Assembly: GCA_963578725.1 (NCBI GenBank)
Contig: CAUZDS010000008.1
Coordinates: 6,409 to 70,408, forward strand
Direction: 5' to 3'
Length of the DNA stretch: 64,000 bases
Source: Vicinamibacteria bacterium
GTDB lineage: Bacteria; Acidobacteriota; Vicinamibacteria; Vicinamibacterales; UBA8438
Shown here: one piece after another, positions 1 to 9,048 of the stretch
How the letters are laid out: the number at the start of each line of letters is the position of its first letter
How positions within the stretch are numbered: the stretch's first letter is position 1
The notes under the pieces: generated by a model
Seen by the model: only the letters and a program-made list of their open reading frames with translations
The model's database searches: none
Told to the model about the DNA's origin: nothing
Program-made: the position numbers and the translations under genes

Positions 1-224
1 CGTTGTTTTTTTGGCGGTAGCTCTGGCATCCGAACTCGTAGATGGGCATGGGTGGAGTCAGGAGTCAGGAGAACATGAAGAAAACCGGAACAGGCGCGTT
101 CATCCTGGGTCGTAGTCACGACGATGCATGGTTGTCATCACGGCCCCTTCGGTGCGCGTGGCTTTCACCGTTCTTCCGTTTCCTGTCTCCTGCCTTCGGT
201 CTTCCGTGGATCGGGACACCGCGA

Positions 225-1367
225 TCAGGTTACGCCTCGCAAGATCCATCCCGCCGCTGCGCCACCGAGCACCAGCCAGCTAGTGTTGGGCCGCCACGCG
301 AGGAGGATTACCGCAGCGACGATCGCGAGCCCGGCGGTCCACCCGTCGACGATCGCCGAACGGCCCAGTTGCCAGGCGACCGCAGCCATCAGGCCAAGTG
401 AGGCGACCACTACGCCGTCGAGCAAGGCGCTGGTGATGACCGAGGCGCGCAGCTTGGGGATGAGGGGCTGCGAGATGGCCACGAACAGGAAACCGGGCGC
501 GAAGATACCGATGGTGGCCAGCGCCGCACCGGCCCAGCCACCAAGCTGATACCCGATGAACGTCGCCGTCGTGAAGACCGGCCCCGGTGTCACCTGTCCG
601 ATCGTGACGGCGTCGATGAGCTGCTGGTCGGTGAGCCAGCCCCATCGGGTGATGAGGTCGGCGCGCAGAAACGCCAGCAGGACGTAGCCGCTGCCGAACA
701 GGATTGACCCCACCTTCAGGAAGAAGAGCGTCAGACGGGTCAGGGTGAACGGCACTGTGGCGGCACTGGCCACCTGCGCGAGCAACGTGCCGCCGGCGCC
801 GAGGGTAGCGATAGCGCCGGCGACGATGCCGGGGCGACCTAGCCGTGCGCCGATCATCACAATCGCGCCCAGTGCCAGCAAGCCTAGCTCGTTCCATCCC
901 GCCAGGGCCAGACCGGCCACCAGCAAGCTGAGCAGAGCGGTCAGGGGTCCCCGCACCGCGGTCGCCCCCAGCTTCCACAGCGCCTGCGCGATGATCGCGA
1001 TGATGACCGGACCCACGCCGTACATCACCCAGCTGAGCTGTGGCCCGTCCCCGTAGCGGACGTAGCCCCAGGCGATGCCGCTGACGATTAGTGCCGCAGG
1101 CAGGATGAAACAGCCGCCAGCCAGCAGCAGCCCAGGCAACCCGCCACGCCGGTTGCCGAGATGGATCGCCATCTCGGTCGAGTTGGGGCCTGGAATCAGG
1201 TTGGTGGCGGCCAGCAGGTCGAGGAACTCGCCGTCGGTCACCCAGCGGCGTCGCTCGACGACCTCGTCGCGCATCATCGCGATGTGGGCGGCCGGGCCGC
1301 CGAACGCGGTGATGCCGAGCCTCAGGAACAGTCCGGCCAGCTCGGTGACGGTGGCGCGCGACGTCAC
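225..1367 (-). CDS. chrA: chromate transporter, CHR family (ChrA-like)
   Basis: 380-aa ORF with a GTG start. Two CHR half-repeats are present: LGITAFGGPAAHIAMMRDEVVERRRWVTDGEFLDLLAATNLIPGPNSTEM and KVGSILFGSGYVLLAFLRADLITRWGWLTDQQLIDAVTIGQVTPGPVFTTA. Many TM segments. Confidence 0.9.
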   Translation of the reverse strand: MTSRATVTELAGLFLRLGITAFGGPAAHIAMMRDEVVERRRWVTDGEFLDLLAATNLIPGPNSTEMAIHLGNRRGGLPGLLLAGGCFILPAALIVSGIAWGYVRYGDGPQLSWVMYGVGPVIIAIIAQALWKLGATAVRGPLTALLSLLVAGLALAGWNELGLLALGAIVMIGARLGRPGIVAGAIATLGAGGTLLAQVASAATVPFTLTRLTLFFLKVGSILFGSGYVLLAFLRADLITRWGWLTDQQLIDAVTIGQVTPGPVFTTATFIGYQLGGWAGAALATIGIFAPGFLFVAISQPLIPKLRASVITSALLDGVVVASLGLMAAVAWQLGRSAIVDGWTAGLAIVAAVILLAWRPNTSWLVLGGAAAGWILRGVT

Positions 1368-1436
1368 GCCTGGATTCTACACGTTTGCCATCGGTGAGAG
1401 ACGAAGCTTCGCTGCTGGCCCTGCTACGATGAAAGG

Positions 1437-2138
1437 ATGCTCAAGGTCGAGTTGCACGCTCATACGTCTGACGACCCGGACGACTACGTGCCCCGCACCG
1501 TGGAACGGCTGGTTGACCGCGTGGCCGAGCTGGGCTACCACGCCATCGTTATCACGTTGCACAACCGGCAGCTCGACGTCGAGCCGTACCGCGAGTACGC
1601 CAGGTTACGTAACATCGTACTGATTCCAGGGGTCGAGCGGTCGATCGAATGTCCTCACGTCCTGCTCATCGACTTCCCACGGGTGGCCGCAGAGGCGGTC
1701 CACACCTTCGAGGATCTGGCGGTGCTGAGGATCCGAACTGACGGTCTGGTGGTCGCCACTCACCCGTATTTTCCGGCGTCGAGCTGTCTGGGGCTGGATC
1801 TGGACCGGCATCCGGATCTGTTCGACGCCTTCGAGATTTATGCGCTGTATGCCCGTCGTATCGACTTTAACCGGCGCGCGATTGCCTGGGCGGGGGCGCA
1901 TGGCAGGCCGCTCGTCGGCAACGGCGACATCCACCGATTGTGTCAGCTCGGCACTACCTGGTCGCTTGTGGACGCCGAGCCCGACCCCGACGCCATCTGC
2001 GCCGCGATCAAGACGGGCCGCGTCGAGGTGCGGTCCGATCCGATCTCCGTCTGGCGAATGCTCTATTTGCTGGCGGCGGTGCTTCCCTTCGGCCTTCCGC
2101 ACACATTCGGCATCAGTCGCACCAGTGGGGTGCGGTGA
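1437..2138 (+). CDS. PHP-domain metal-dependent phosphoesterase
   Basis: 233-aa ORF. The N-terminus MLKVELHAHTSDDPDD (HxH) and later VATHPYF / GNGDIH motifs are typical of the PHP family. Confidence 0.8.
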   Translation: MLKVELHAHTSDDPDDYVPRTVERLVDRVAELGYHAIVITLHNRQLDVEPYREYARLRNIVLIPGVERSIECPHVLLIDFPRVAAEAVHTFEDLAVLRIRTDGLVVATHPYFPASSCLGLDLDRHPDLFDAFEIYALYARRIDFNRRAIAWAGAHGRPLVGNGDIHRLCQLGTTWSLVDAEPDPDAICAAIKTGRVEVRSDPISVWRMLYLLAAVLPFGLPHTFGISRTSGVR

Positions 2139-2758
2139 GCGCCACGCTGTCCGGCGCGGTGTTCGGTTTGGCCGCCGGGTTGTTGCCGGGCCCGTTGCTG
2201 GCGCTCGTCCTCCAGCAGACGCTGCGGCACGGGGCGAGCGAAGGCTGCAAGGTGGCGGCGGCACCGTTGCTGACCGACCTGCCGATCGTGGTGGTGGCGC
2301 TGTTCACGGTCAACCGCCTGGCCGGCGCCGATGGCGCCCTCGGGGTGATGTCGCTGGTGGGCGCCGGGTTCCTGGCGTACCTCGCCTATGAAAGCCATGC
2401 GACCGGTCCGGCAGCATTTGCCCTCCCGGGTGGCCCGCCGCGTTCGCTTCAGAAAGGCGCGGTTTTCAACCTCCTCAACCCTCACCCGCATCTCTTCTGG
2501 TTCACCGTCGGCGCGCCGATCGTGCGGCAAGGCTGGGCGACGAATCCTATGCACGCCACGGGCTTTCTGGTTGCGATGTATGGCTGCCTGGTTGGTTCGA
2601 AGATGCTCCTCGCGCTGCTCGTCGGACGCGGCGGAGCGGTGTTGACGAGCCGTTTCTATGTGCTCGTCGCCCGCGCGCTCGGTTTCGCGCTGCTGGTGTT
2701 CTCGCTGCTGCTGCTGCAGGATGGCTTGCGCTATCTCGGCATGGCGAACGGTCTCTGA
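2135..2758 (+). CDS. LysE/RhtB-family amino-acid efflux translocator
   Basis: An in-frame GTG at 2135 overlaps the PHP stop (GTGA). From there VSATLSGAVFGLAAGLLPGPLLALVLQQTLRHG... gives about 207 aa with a multi-TM LysE-like pattern. The 272-aa track ORF start at 1940 lies inside the PHP gene. Confidence 0.8.
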   Translation: MSATLSGAVFGLAAGLLPGPLLALVLQQTLRHGASEGCKVAAAPLLTDLPIVVVALFTVNRLAGADGALGVMSLVGAGFLAYLAYESHATGPAAFALPGGPPRSLQKGAVFNLLNPHPHLFWFTVGAPIVRQGWATNPMHATGFLVAMYGCLVGSKMLLALLVGRGGAVLTSRFYVLVARALGFALLVFSLLLLQDGLRYLGMANGL

Positions 2759-2880
2759 GTCGCCACGTTGATACGAGCCTGGCAGCGATGCGTCGCCGAC
2801 CCGGGTCAAGGGGTTCGACGCGGAGCCTCGTTGCCGGCCGTCGTGGGCAATCCTGAACTGGAGACGCCGAGAGCGGCCCG

Positions 2881-3270
2881 CTACCCCTGTCCCGCGATCC
2901 GCTGGATGGTCCACACGATACCGGTCGCTGCGATGGTGAGCGAGGCTGGAATCACGACCCGGCGCCGATACCAGTCCTGCTGGCAGACCTGGAACACGGC
3001 ACCGAACGCAAGGCCGATCACGGTCAGCTGGCTAATTTAGACCCCAGCGTTGAACGACAGCAGTGCCGTGACGAAGTCTGAGCGGGGCAGTCCCAGTTCT
3101 GAGAGCACGCCGGCGAACCCCATTCCGTGGAGGAGTCCGAAGCCGAACACCAGTGCGACGCGCCACGGCTGCAGATCCCGGGTGACCAGGTTCCCGATCG
3201 CCACGTAGGCGATCGACAACGCGATGAGCAGGCTCGACCACCTGCCGCGGGGCGCGGTATCATGTGCCAC
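2881..3270 (-). pseudogene. HupE/UreJ-family remnant, N-terminally truncated, with an in-frame TAA
   Basis: The 77-aa ORF ends ...GFGLLHGMGFAGVLSELGL...LLSFNAGV then TAA (3037-3039). The same frame continues ISQLTVIGLAFGAVF...IAATGIVWTIQRIAGQG to a TAG at 2881-2883. The stop replaces the Glu of the conserved FNxGVE(I/L)GQL motif. An upstream in-frame stop leaves only about 128 aa in total, against about 190 aa for the family. Confidence 0.55.
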
Positions 3271-3298
3271 GATTCACTGAGACGGGACATCAGCCACC

Positions 3299-3883
3299 GT
3301 GCCTGGGACGCACAGCCGTTGCCCGTGGGGAACATCGCACCCCCTTTACGTGTCGTACCACGATACGGAGTGGGGTGTGCCTCAGCACGACGACACGCGG
3401 CTGTTCGAGATGCTGATGCTCGAGGGTGCGCAGGCCGGGCTCAGCTGGTTGACGGTGCTCAAGAAACGAGAGGCGTATCGGCGGGCCTTCAGCCAGTTCG
3501 ACCCGCAGAAGGTCGCGCGCTACGACGCGCGGAAGATCGAGCGTCTGCTGGCGGACGCCGCCATTATCCGCAACCGGCTAAAGATCCGGTCGGCGGTCAC
3601 GAACGCCCGAGCGTTCCTCGAGGTGCAGGCAGCGTTCGGCAGCTTCGACGCGTATGTCTGGCGTTTCGTCGACGGCCGATCGAAACAGAATGCCTGGACC
3701 AGTCTGGAGCAGGTGCCGACGCGCACCGCGGTGTCGGACTCGCTCAGCAAAGACCTCAAGGCGCGGGGATTCACGTTCGTCGGCTCGACGATCTGCTATG
3801 CCCACATGCAGGCGACCGGAATGGTTAACGACCACCTGGTGAGCTGCTTCCGGCATCGCGCCGTCCAGGGCGTACGATCGTGA
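3299..3883 (+). CDS. tag: DNA-3-methyladenine glycosylase I
   Basis: 194 aa. RCPWGTSHPLYVSYHDTEWGVPQHDDTRLFEMLMLEGAQAGLSWLTVLKKREAYRRAF matches the Tag family end to end. Confidence 0.9.
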   Translation: MPGTHSRCPWGTSHPLYVSYHDTEWGVPQHDDTRLFEMLMLEGAQAGLSWLTVLKKREAYRRAFSQFDPQKVARYDARKIERLLADAAIIRNRLKIRSAVTNARAFLEVQAAFGSFDAYVWRFVDGRSKQNAWTSLEQVPTRTAVSDSLSKDLKARGFTFVGSTICYAHMQATGMVNDHLVSCFRHRAVQGVRS

Positions 3884-3941
3884 CGTGACTGCAGGCGGAG
3901 CGTAGGTCGCCGACGTTGGCGGCCTGAACGAGGGGGAGACC

Positions 3942-4934
3942 ATGGGAATGCAATCGATGACAACGGGGATCGCGCTGGGAGCCATCGTCGCTGTCGGCCT
4001 GGGCGTGTCGGCTGTGACCGTTGAAACGCAAGACGCGGGACGCGCCCCGCGAAACGTTGCTGAGTTCGACGCGATGTTCCAGGAACTCTCGAACTGGGGC
4101 CGCTGGGGCGCTGATGACGAGCGTGGCACACTCAACCTCGTCACGCCGGCCAAGAGCCGTCAGGCTGCCGCGCTGGTTCGCAGCGGGACCACGGTGTCGC
4201 TGGCGCACAATCCGATGACCGCCGAGGCGCCCGATAATCCATCGACCGCGTTCGAACACATTATGGGCGAGAGCCTTCGGAGTGACACGTATCGATTTAG
4301 ATATCACGGGTATGGGGTTAGCCATATCGATTCGCTCTGCCACTTCATGCACAACGGCCGGCTCTACAACGACATTCCGCCCACTGCTAGTACGCCGGAG
4401 GGATGCGGCAAGCTCGGCATCCAGAACCTCAAGCGCGGCATCGTCACGCGCGGTGTCCTGCTCGACTTCCCCCGCCTCAAGGGCGTGCCCTACCTTGAGC
4501 CAGCGACGCCAATCTACGTCGAAGATATCGAGGCGTGGGAGCGGCAATCTGGCGTCACAGTATCGGCCGGAGACGCCATCTTCGTCCGCACCGGCCGGTG
4601 GGCGCGCCGCGCCGCCCTCGGGCCCTGGCGGGTGTCGGGGAACAGCGCCGGGTTGCACGCGTCCGTGCTCCCCTGGATCAAGGCACGCGACGTCGCGTTC
4701 GTGGGGAGCGATGTGGCGACCGACGTGATGCCTTCGCTGGTCGACGGTGTCACGCAGCCGCTCCATACGTTACTGATTGCCGGTCTCGGCATGAACATCT
4801 TCGACAACATGGACCTCGAAGCGCTCGCTGACGCCGCGGCCCGGGAAAACCGCTGGGAGTTCCTGCTCACGGCCGGCCCAATTCCCGTCCCGGGCGGCAC
4901 CGGGTCGCCGCTGAATCCGATCGCCGTGTTCTGA
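3942..4934 (+). CDS. cyclase-family protein (kynurenine formamidase-like fold), secreted
   Basis: 330 aa. Signal-like N-terminus, then WGRWGADDERGTLNLVTP... and GSDVATDV motifs of the putative cyclase family. The RBS GGGGGAG lies upstream of the ATG. Confidence 0.8.
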   Translation: MGMQSMTTGIALGAIVAVGLGVSAVTVETQDAGRAPRNVAEFDAMFQELSNWGRWGADDERGTLNLVTPAKSRQAAALVRSGTTVSLAHNPMTAEAPDNPSTAFEHIMGESLRSDTYRFRYHGYGVSHIDSLCHFMHNGRLYNDIPPTASTPEGCGKLGIQNLKRGIVTRGVLLDFPRLKGVPYLEPATPIYVEDIEAWERQSGVTVSAGDAIFVRTGRWARRAALGPWRVSGNSAGLHASVLPWIKARDVAFVGSDVATDVMPSLVDGVTQPLHTLLIAGLGMNIFDNMDLEALADAAARENRWEFLLTAGPIPVPGGTGSPLNPIAVF

Positions 4935-4982
4935 AAGGGAATCCGGTTTAGCAAGACAGTCAAGGGTGCTGGGTCGGAACGC

Positions 4983-5000
4983 GCAACGTCGATACGTTGC
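4983..5000. terminator. GC-rich hairpin between convergent genes (possible terminator)
   Basis: GCAACGT-cgat-ACGTTGC forms a perfect 7-bp stem. A second hairpin, ACGGC-ggaa-GCCGT, lies at 5035-5048. Neither has a U-tract. Confidence 0.3.
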
Positions 5001-5103
5001 CAGTGCGTCGGCGTTGCCATCGTTACGGCGGAAGCCGTCCGTCGCGACACCCTTGGGTGTTCCCGTACCCGTGGTAGACCATCTGTCTGGCATTCACCCT
5101 AGG

Positions 5104-8046
5104 TCAGAACCGGAACAAGCGCGTGGCCTTGACGACAAAGCCGCGATTGCGCAGCTCGGAGAACCGGTTGGGTAAGAGGGAATCGACGTTACGATCTTCG
5201 GTGTAGACGAGGAACAGCTCGCTTCCCGGGGTGTATTCCCATCGAACACGGAGGTTGTTGCTCCATGTACGGCTGTTCGAGTTGTATTGAAGGAGGCCAC
5301 TCAGGAACATCCGAGGGTTGAAGCTGTAGTTGACACGGCTGCTGACGAGCGTGGTGTTGAACGAGCCCTCGGGCAGGTCGACCCAGTTGAAGGAGATGCC
5401 GGGCTCGATCGAGAACTCATCCAGCAGATTGATCCGGCCCCGGCTCAAGGAGACCGTCCTGATGTCACCGGTCCAGAAGCTGCCCGACGTAAATGTAAGG
5501 TTGCCGCTGACCCGCCGCTGCGCGCCCATCGCGTACGAGAGCTCAACACTGCGGAAGGCGTGGCCACCAACCGGGATCGTCACCCCGTCTGAGATTTCAA
5601 ATGGGTCCTGCAACAGTTCGTACGAGCTGATCACGCTCGCGCCGAACCGATCGCTGTTCTCGAGCTCGGCCTGGAATCTGAACTGTCGGCTTCGTGTTTC
5701 GAGAAACCCCTCGTCCGCCGTCAGGAAGTAGTCGATGTTGCCGGCGAATGTGAACTGTCGCACCAGCTCGATGCCACGGGGTCGCGGGGTGAACTCCGCC
5801 GACACGTTCGTTCGTCGGAAATTGTCTCGCCGGACGAATCCTACCTCGGGGAGGAAGTTGTCCCCGACCATGAGATGGTCGACAGTCAGACCGTACCGGT
5901 CCCCGTTGTACCCGAACCGGCCTTGGTAGCTGCGGTCTTTCCCAGAGATGCCCGGCGTCCTGGTCTGCGCGTAATAGGCCAGGAACGTGAGGTTGTCGTA
6001 AAAAGAGAAGGTCGCATCGAGGCCATACGCTTGATTCGATCCGTTACCTACGCGGGACACGGTCCGGTTCGTGAAGATGCCACCGATGCTGCTTCGGCGG
6101 AGAAGGTCGCGTTTGAGTCGCACGACGGTAAAGTTGGTCGACTCGATCCCGTTCTCCGGCGACGCGTCGGCTTGGATATTCAGCGCGCCCACGTCGAATG
6201 ATCCGAGCTTTCCCGTCACCCGTCCTCCGACGGGTATCGGGACCACCGTGCCGCTTTCCAGACCGATCCGCCGGCTGAAGAACATGGTGGGCGCCCCGCC
6301 ACCGCCTCCGCCACCTCCGCCACCCCCACCACGCCCTCCCCCGCCCCTGCCACGGGCGAAGTCGAAGATGCCACGGCCCTCTAGGAAGAACTCCCGTTTC
6401 TCTGGAAAGAACAGACTAAACCGCGTCAGGTTCACCTGTTGCTCGTCCATCTCGACCTGCGCGAAGTCGGTGTTGTAGGTGAGATCAGCCGTCAGGCTCC
6501 GGGAAAGGCCGTACTTGACGTCGATGCCGAAATCGCCGTCCGCGTCGTTACGCCGGTTGGCGGTGACGTCGGTGGTTGTCCCGCCAATCCCGTACGGTTT
6601 TACCTCGAGGTTCAGCGACCGCGGCGGGGTCTCGAGACCCACCAGCGTGGCCGCCGACGACACCTTGTACATGCCCGAGGGGCCGTAGGAGGCGGGGACA
6701 GCTGCCAGGGTGGACCACTCGTTCTTCCACCGCACGATTCGACGCAGGTTGATGCCCCAGATCTGAGGTCCTGATAGGGCGTAGCGGAGCGATTTGAACG
6801 GAATCTCGATCTCGGTGGTCCACCCGTCAGCAAACCGCGCGCTGCGTGGATTCCAGACCGTGTTCCAGTCATTATTGAAATTGCCCTCGTTGGTGAAAAC
6901 CTGATCCCGTAGCGCTCCGAGCGGATTCGTCTGGAACGCGAAGCCGTTGCGCCGGTCGTGGAACGTGTCGAGCACGACCGAGAAGTTCTCGTTCTGCACC
7001 AGGTTGTTGCTATCCCGCCGCATCTCGTTGGCTACAATCCGTTCCGGCTGGCTGTCCCAGCACCGTGCCGCCACGTAGATCTTGTCGTCGTCAAAGAAGA
7101 CCCACGCCTCCGTCCGTTCCGTGGCGAGCTCGCCCTCGCGCGGCACTTGCTGAATGAAGTCGCTGACCGGCTGCACCAGCTGGTAGATCTCGTCGTCGAG
7201 CCGGCCGTCCACGGTCAGGGGCCGGTCGAGCCGGATGGCTCGCAGTGTCACCCGTCCCTCGGCGTCACGGGACACCACGGCGGGCGGCACCGGTGGTGGC
7301 GGACCATCGATTGCTCCGTCGAGTCGCACCGCGTCGGACTGGGCGTCGGACGGGCTCGGCACGCCGGGTGGGGTGCCGGCTGGCGACGCGACGTCGGGCG
7401 CGGCCTGGTCGTCTCCCTCCGCCAGTGTCGCGTCCGGCGGCTGGGCCTCGGTCTCTGGAGTGGCGGCCATTCTGGAATCGATCGGCGCGGTTGGGGCCTC
7501 ACCAAGGGCGATGTGCAGCTCCCGGTTCAGCGCGTCCACGATCCGGTCCTGGAGGTCGAAGAGGTCATTGAGCTGGCCATCGACCTTGATCGCTTGAACC
7601 ACCGTTCCGGTGTGCACGTCGAGGAAACGCGCCGTAATCTGCATGAGATCGCCGAGCCGCTGGTATCCACCGCTGATGAGCCACGTCGCATCAACCAGGC
7701 GGCCGATGTCGACGGCATCCCGTTCATCAGGTTGCGTCCCATTGCTCGTGCTCGCGATCTCCAGCGCGTCGAAGAGGCGCGTGCGCCCAATGACCGAGAG
7801 TCCGCGGATCTCCTGCAGATCAGCCATCACGGTTTCGGCAATACCCGCGCCAATCCAGTCGTCTGCCGATTCTCCTGTGATGTTGGAGAAGGGGATCACG
7901 ACGACGTTGGGGCGCGGCGCGGCTTCGGCCGGTTGCCTCATGTCCGTGGCCTGCTGCCCCGCCGCCTGCCCAGACACAGGCACAGCCAGCGCGCACAGGA
8001 TCGAGAGGCACGCCACCGCCACGCCAAGGCGCACCACCGTGCTCAC
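5104..8046 (-). CDS. large secreted/outer-membrane protein: TolB-like (COG5616-type) N-domain + Pro-rich linker + CBM9-like/DUF5916 domain
   Basis: 980 aa with a GTG start and signal peptide MSTVVRLGVAVACLSILCALAVPVSG. VVVIPFSNITGESADDWIGAGIAETVMADL has the TolB-like pattern. RLDRPLTVDGRLDDEIYQ...WVFFDDDKIYVAARCWD...NENFSVVLDTFHDRRNGFAFQTNPLG has the CBM9/DUF5916 pattern. The C-terminus is beta-barrel-like and ends in F. Confidence 0.7.
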   Translation of the reverse strand: MSTVVRLGVAVACLSILCALAVPVSGQAAGQQATDMRQPAEAAPRPNVVVIPFSNITGESADDWIGAGIAETVMADLQEIRGLSVIGRTRLFDALEIASTSNGTQPDERDAVDIGRLVDATWLISGGYQRLGDLMQITARFLDVHTGTVVQAIKVDGQLNDLFDLQDRIVDALNRELHIALGEAPTAPIDSRMAATPETEAQPPDATLAEGDDQAAPDVASPAGTPPGVPSPSDAQSDAVRLDGAIDGPPPPVPPAVVSRDAEGRVTLRAIRLDRPLTVDGRLDDEIYQLVQPVSDFIQQVPREGELATERTEAWVFFDDDKIYVAARCWDSQPERIVANEMRRDSNNLVQNENFSVVLDTFHDRRNGFAFQTNPLGALRDQVFTNEGNFNNDWNTVWNPRSARFADGWTTEIEIPFKSLRYALSGPQIWGINLRRIVRWKNEWSTLAAVPASYGPSGMYKVSSAATLVGLETPPRSLNLEVKPYGIGGTTTDVTANRRNDADGDFGIDVKYGLSRSLTADLTYNTDFAQVEMDEQQVNLTRFSLFFPEKREFFLEGRGIFDFARGRGGGGRGGGGGGGGGGGGAPTMFFSRRIGLESGTVVPIPVGGRVTGKLGSFDVGALNIQADASPENGIESTNFTVVRLKRDLLRRSSIGGIFTNRTVSRVGNGSNQAYGLDATFSFYDNLTFLAYYAQTRTPGISGKDRSYQGRFGYNGDRYGLTVDHLMVGDNFLPEVGFVRRDNFRRTNVSAEFTPRPRGIELVRQFTFAGNIDYFLTADEGFLETRSRQFRFQAELENSDRFGASVISSYELLQDPFEISDGVTIPVGGHAFRSVELSYAMGAQRRVSGNLTFTSGSFWTGDIRTVSLSRGRINLLDEFSIEPGISFNWVDLPEGSFNTTLVSSRVNYSFNPRMFLSGLLQYNSNSRTWSNNLRVRWEYTPGSELFLVYTEDRNVDSLLPNRFSELRNRGFVVKATRLFRF

Positions 8047-8297
8047 CTGGCCTGCTCCGTCACCACGATCATCCTTCCCCTCCTTCGACTGGACTGCGCA
8101 CGTCGGACCGCCAGCAGGTCCGTCCGGCTCGCTTCGTGTTGAATAGGCTCAGCTTGCGAACGCTATACTCGCGAGCCGCGGCGGTCAATTGCAATCAGGA
8201 GATCTGGATAAAGAGCGGCACTGTCGGGTTGACGCTGAAGAGACAGACTGTCCGGTGACGCCGCACCGGTCGAAGGCTAGGGGCTGTCGCCAGCCCC

Positions 8298-8897
8298 CTA
8301 GCGATACGCAGGATTATCGAAGTCGAAGTGACACCCTGCGTCCCATGCGGATTGCTGGTTGCCATCGGCAGGAATGCTGCCGGCGTCCTTCAGCATGCGA
8401 GCCAGGTGCATGACGTTCCACGCCCTGAAGGTGGTGTCCAGGTTGGCGAAGTCGTTCTCTGGTCCACCCGATCCTAGGTCGAGATGGGATGGACTCGATC
8501 CGGCCTCGCCCGGCCAATCGACATCGGCCTGCGGCGGGATGAGGTAGCCCAGATGTTGCAGGGAATAGAGGATGTTCTTCGCGCAGTGCTTGGCGCCGTC
8601 CTTGTTGCCTGTGATGAGCGCGCCTCCGACTCGCCCGTAGTAGGCGTACTGGTCCGCAGCATCGAGGAGGTGCCAGTCGGCATACAGGCGCTCGACCACC
8701 TTCGTTAAGACCGATGTCTTCTCGCCCAGCCAGATGGACGTGCCGATCACCAGGATATCCGCGGCCAACACTCGCTTGAGCATCTTCGGCCATTCGTCAA
8801 CGTCCCAGCCGTGCTCCTTTATCTCCGGCCACACGCCGTACGCGATGTTGCGATCGACAGGGCGAAGTAGCTTCGTGACGATGCCGTTCTTCTCCAT
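8298..8897 (-). CDS. flavodoxin-like NAD(P)H-dependent FMN reductase family protein (5' end probably extends to 9000 across a 1-nt frameshift)
   Basis: The 199-aa ORF contains WPKMLKRVLAADILVIGTSIWLGEKTSVLTKVVERL...GGALITGNKDGAKH. The same frame stays open upstream and encodes DFSDFKALFLNCTLKRSPEQSHTEGL, the usual N-terminus of this family, but has no in-frame start codon. Confidence 0.8.
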   Translation of the reverse strand: MEKNGIVTKLLRPVDRNIAYGVWPEIKEHGWDVDEWPKMLKRVLAADILVIGTSIWLGEKTSVLTKVVERLYADWHLLDAADQYAYYGRVGGALITGNKDGAKHCAKNILYSLQHLGYLIPPQADVDWPGEAGSSPSHLDLGSGGPENDFANLDTTFRAWNVMHLARMLKDAGSIPADGNQQSAWDAGCHFDFDNPAYR

Positions 8898-9048
8898 GAT
8901 GTCCAGGGAGATCTGGATCAGCCCCTCCGTGTGGGACTGTTCCGGTGATCGCTTCAGCGTGCAGTTGAGAAAGAGAGCCTTGAAATCAGAGAAGTCCCAT
9001 CGGCTCTCCTGGTACAGCTTGACCTACCGTTCGTTCAGGCTTATGCCG

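Noticed and set aside
1-49. A minus-strand ORF start, MPIYEFGCQSYRQKNN..., running off the left edge; it resembles an FmdB-type zinc-ribbon N-terminus.
   Set aside because: Only 16 codons are visible. The CxxC is not intact (CQSY) and there is no SD.
100-170. Possible fifth copy of the repeat on the minus strand downstream of chrA (CGGTGAAAGCCACGCGCACCGAAGGGGCCGTG).
   Set aside because: Similarity rests mainly on the 8-mer GGTGAAAG, which is expected by chance once or twice in 128 kb of two-strand sequence. The GCCCG 5' module is absent.
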